DNA of 47,192 nucleotides from an uncultured bacterium (lineage in GTDB: Bacteria; Patescibacteriota; Saccharimonadia; Saccharimonadales; Saccharimonadaceae), in assembly GCA_963527165.1 (NCBI GenBank), contig CAURQO010000001.1, positions 1 to 47,192 on the forward strand. The letters are read 5' to 3'. Position numbers and translations under genes: made by a program. The notes under the pieces were generated by a model. It was not told the DNA's origin. It saw only the letters and a program-made list of their open reading frames with translations, and did not search any database. Of the stretch, positions 47,137-47,192 are shown piece after piece. Position 1 is the stretch's first letter; each line of letters starts with the position of its first letter.

Positions 47137-47192
47137 AAATAATAAAAGAGGCATCGCCCTAGTGCTATCCAGCACAAGAGTATGCCTCTTAA
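47137..47192 (+). repeat. Exact copy of the prophage post-toxin hairpin
   Basis: 56/56 identical to 26360-26415, up to the window edge. Confidence 0.95.

Larger units (their letters stand above)
46648..47192 (-). ncRNA. Tandem array of four hairpin cassettes with minus-strand promoters (runs off the window end)
   Basis: Hairpins at 46719-46769, 46862-46910, 47023-47068 and 47146-47190. Minus-strand -35/-10 pairs with 17-bp spacers at 46822-46794, 46946-46918 and 47105-47077. Confidence 0.65.

Noticed and set aside
46648..47192. CRISPR array or integron attC array interpretation of the cassette region
   Set aside because: No identical direct repeats with unique spacers. The conserved part is a promoter and the palindromes differ between units. 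No cas or integron integrase gene in the window and no clear attC core sites.

Overview
AT-rich bacterial chromosome segment, most likely from a Saccharibacteria (TM7/CPR) genome. This is inferred from gene content and order (holin-family membrane gene-secG-peptide-binding protein, short tsaB, murT-gatD, arcC). Left arm (1-14 kb): dnaK, CIRCE-controlled dnaJ, tRNA-Lys, secG, tRNA-Leu, murC-like ligase, MFS, comEC, tsaE, tsaB, murT/gatD. An apparently complete ~28.6 kb siphovirus-like prophage is integrated in tRNA-Gln(TTG), bounded by 85-bp att repeats at 14037-14121 and 42649-42733. It has recombination, packaging, head, tail, lysis and integrase genes but no recognisable repressor or replication module. 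Right arm: tRNA-Glu, pyk, arcC, a 5'-truncated phage-like gene, then a tandem array of non-coding cassettes. Main finding: the prophage encodes a portal-MuF-PD-(D/E)xK nuclease (toxin-like) fusion with no protein immunity gene. It is followed by a convergent sigma70-type promoter that would transcribe a ~55-nt hairpin RNA. Outside the prophage (46648-47192) four such hairpin cassettes lie in tandem, three with the promoter visible. One is identical to the prophage hairpin and one is attached to the 3' tip of an allelic toxin gene. This suggests a chromosomal bank of small-RNA antitoxins against phage-delivered MuF toxins (hypothesis). Other signals: a four-copy late-promoter motif (CTCGACTATTT-N5-TAnnnT), a candidate -1 frameshift giving a membrane-anchored lytic transglycosylase, paired RNA motifs at both prophage ends, and a kinase/STAS moron.
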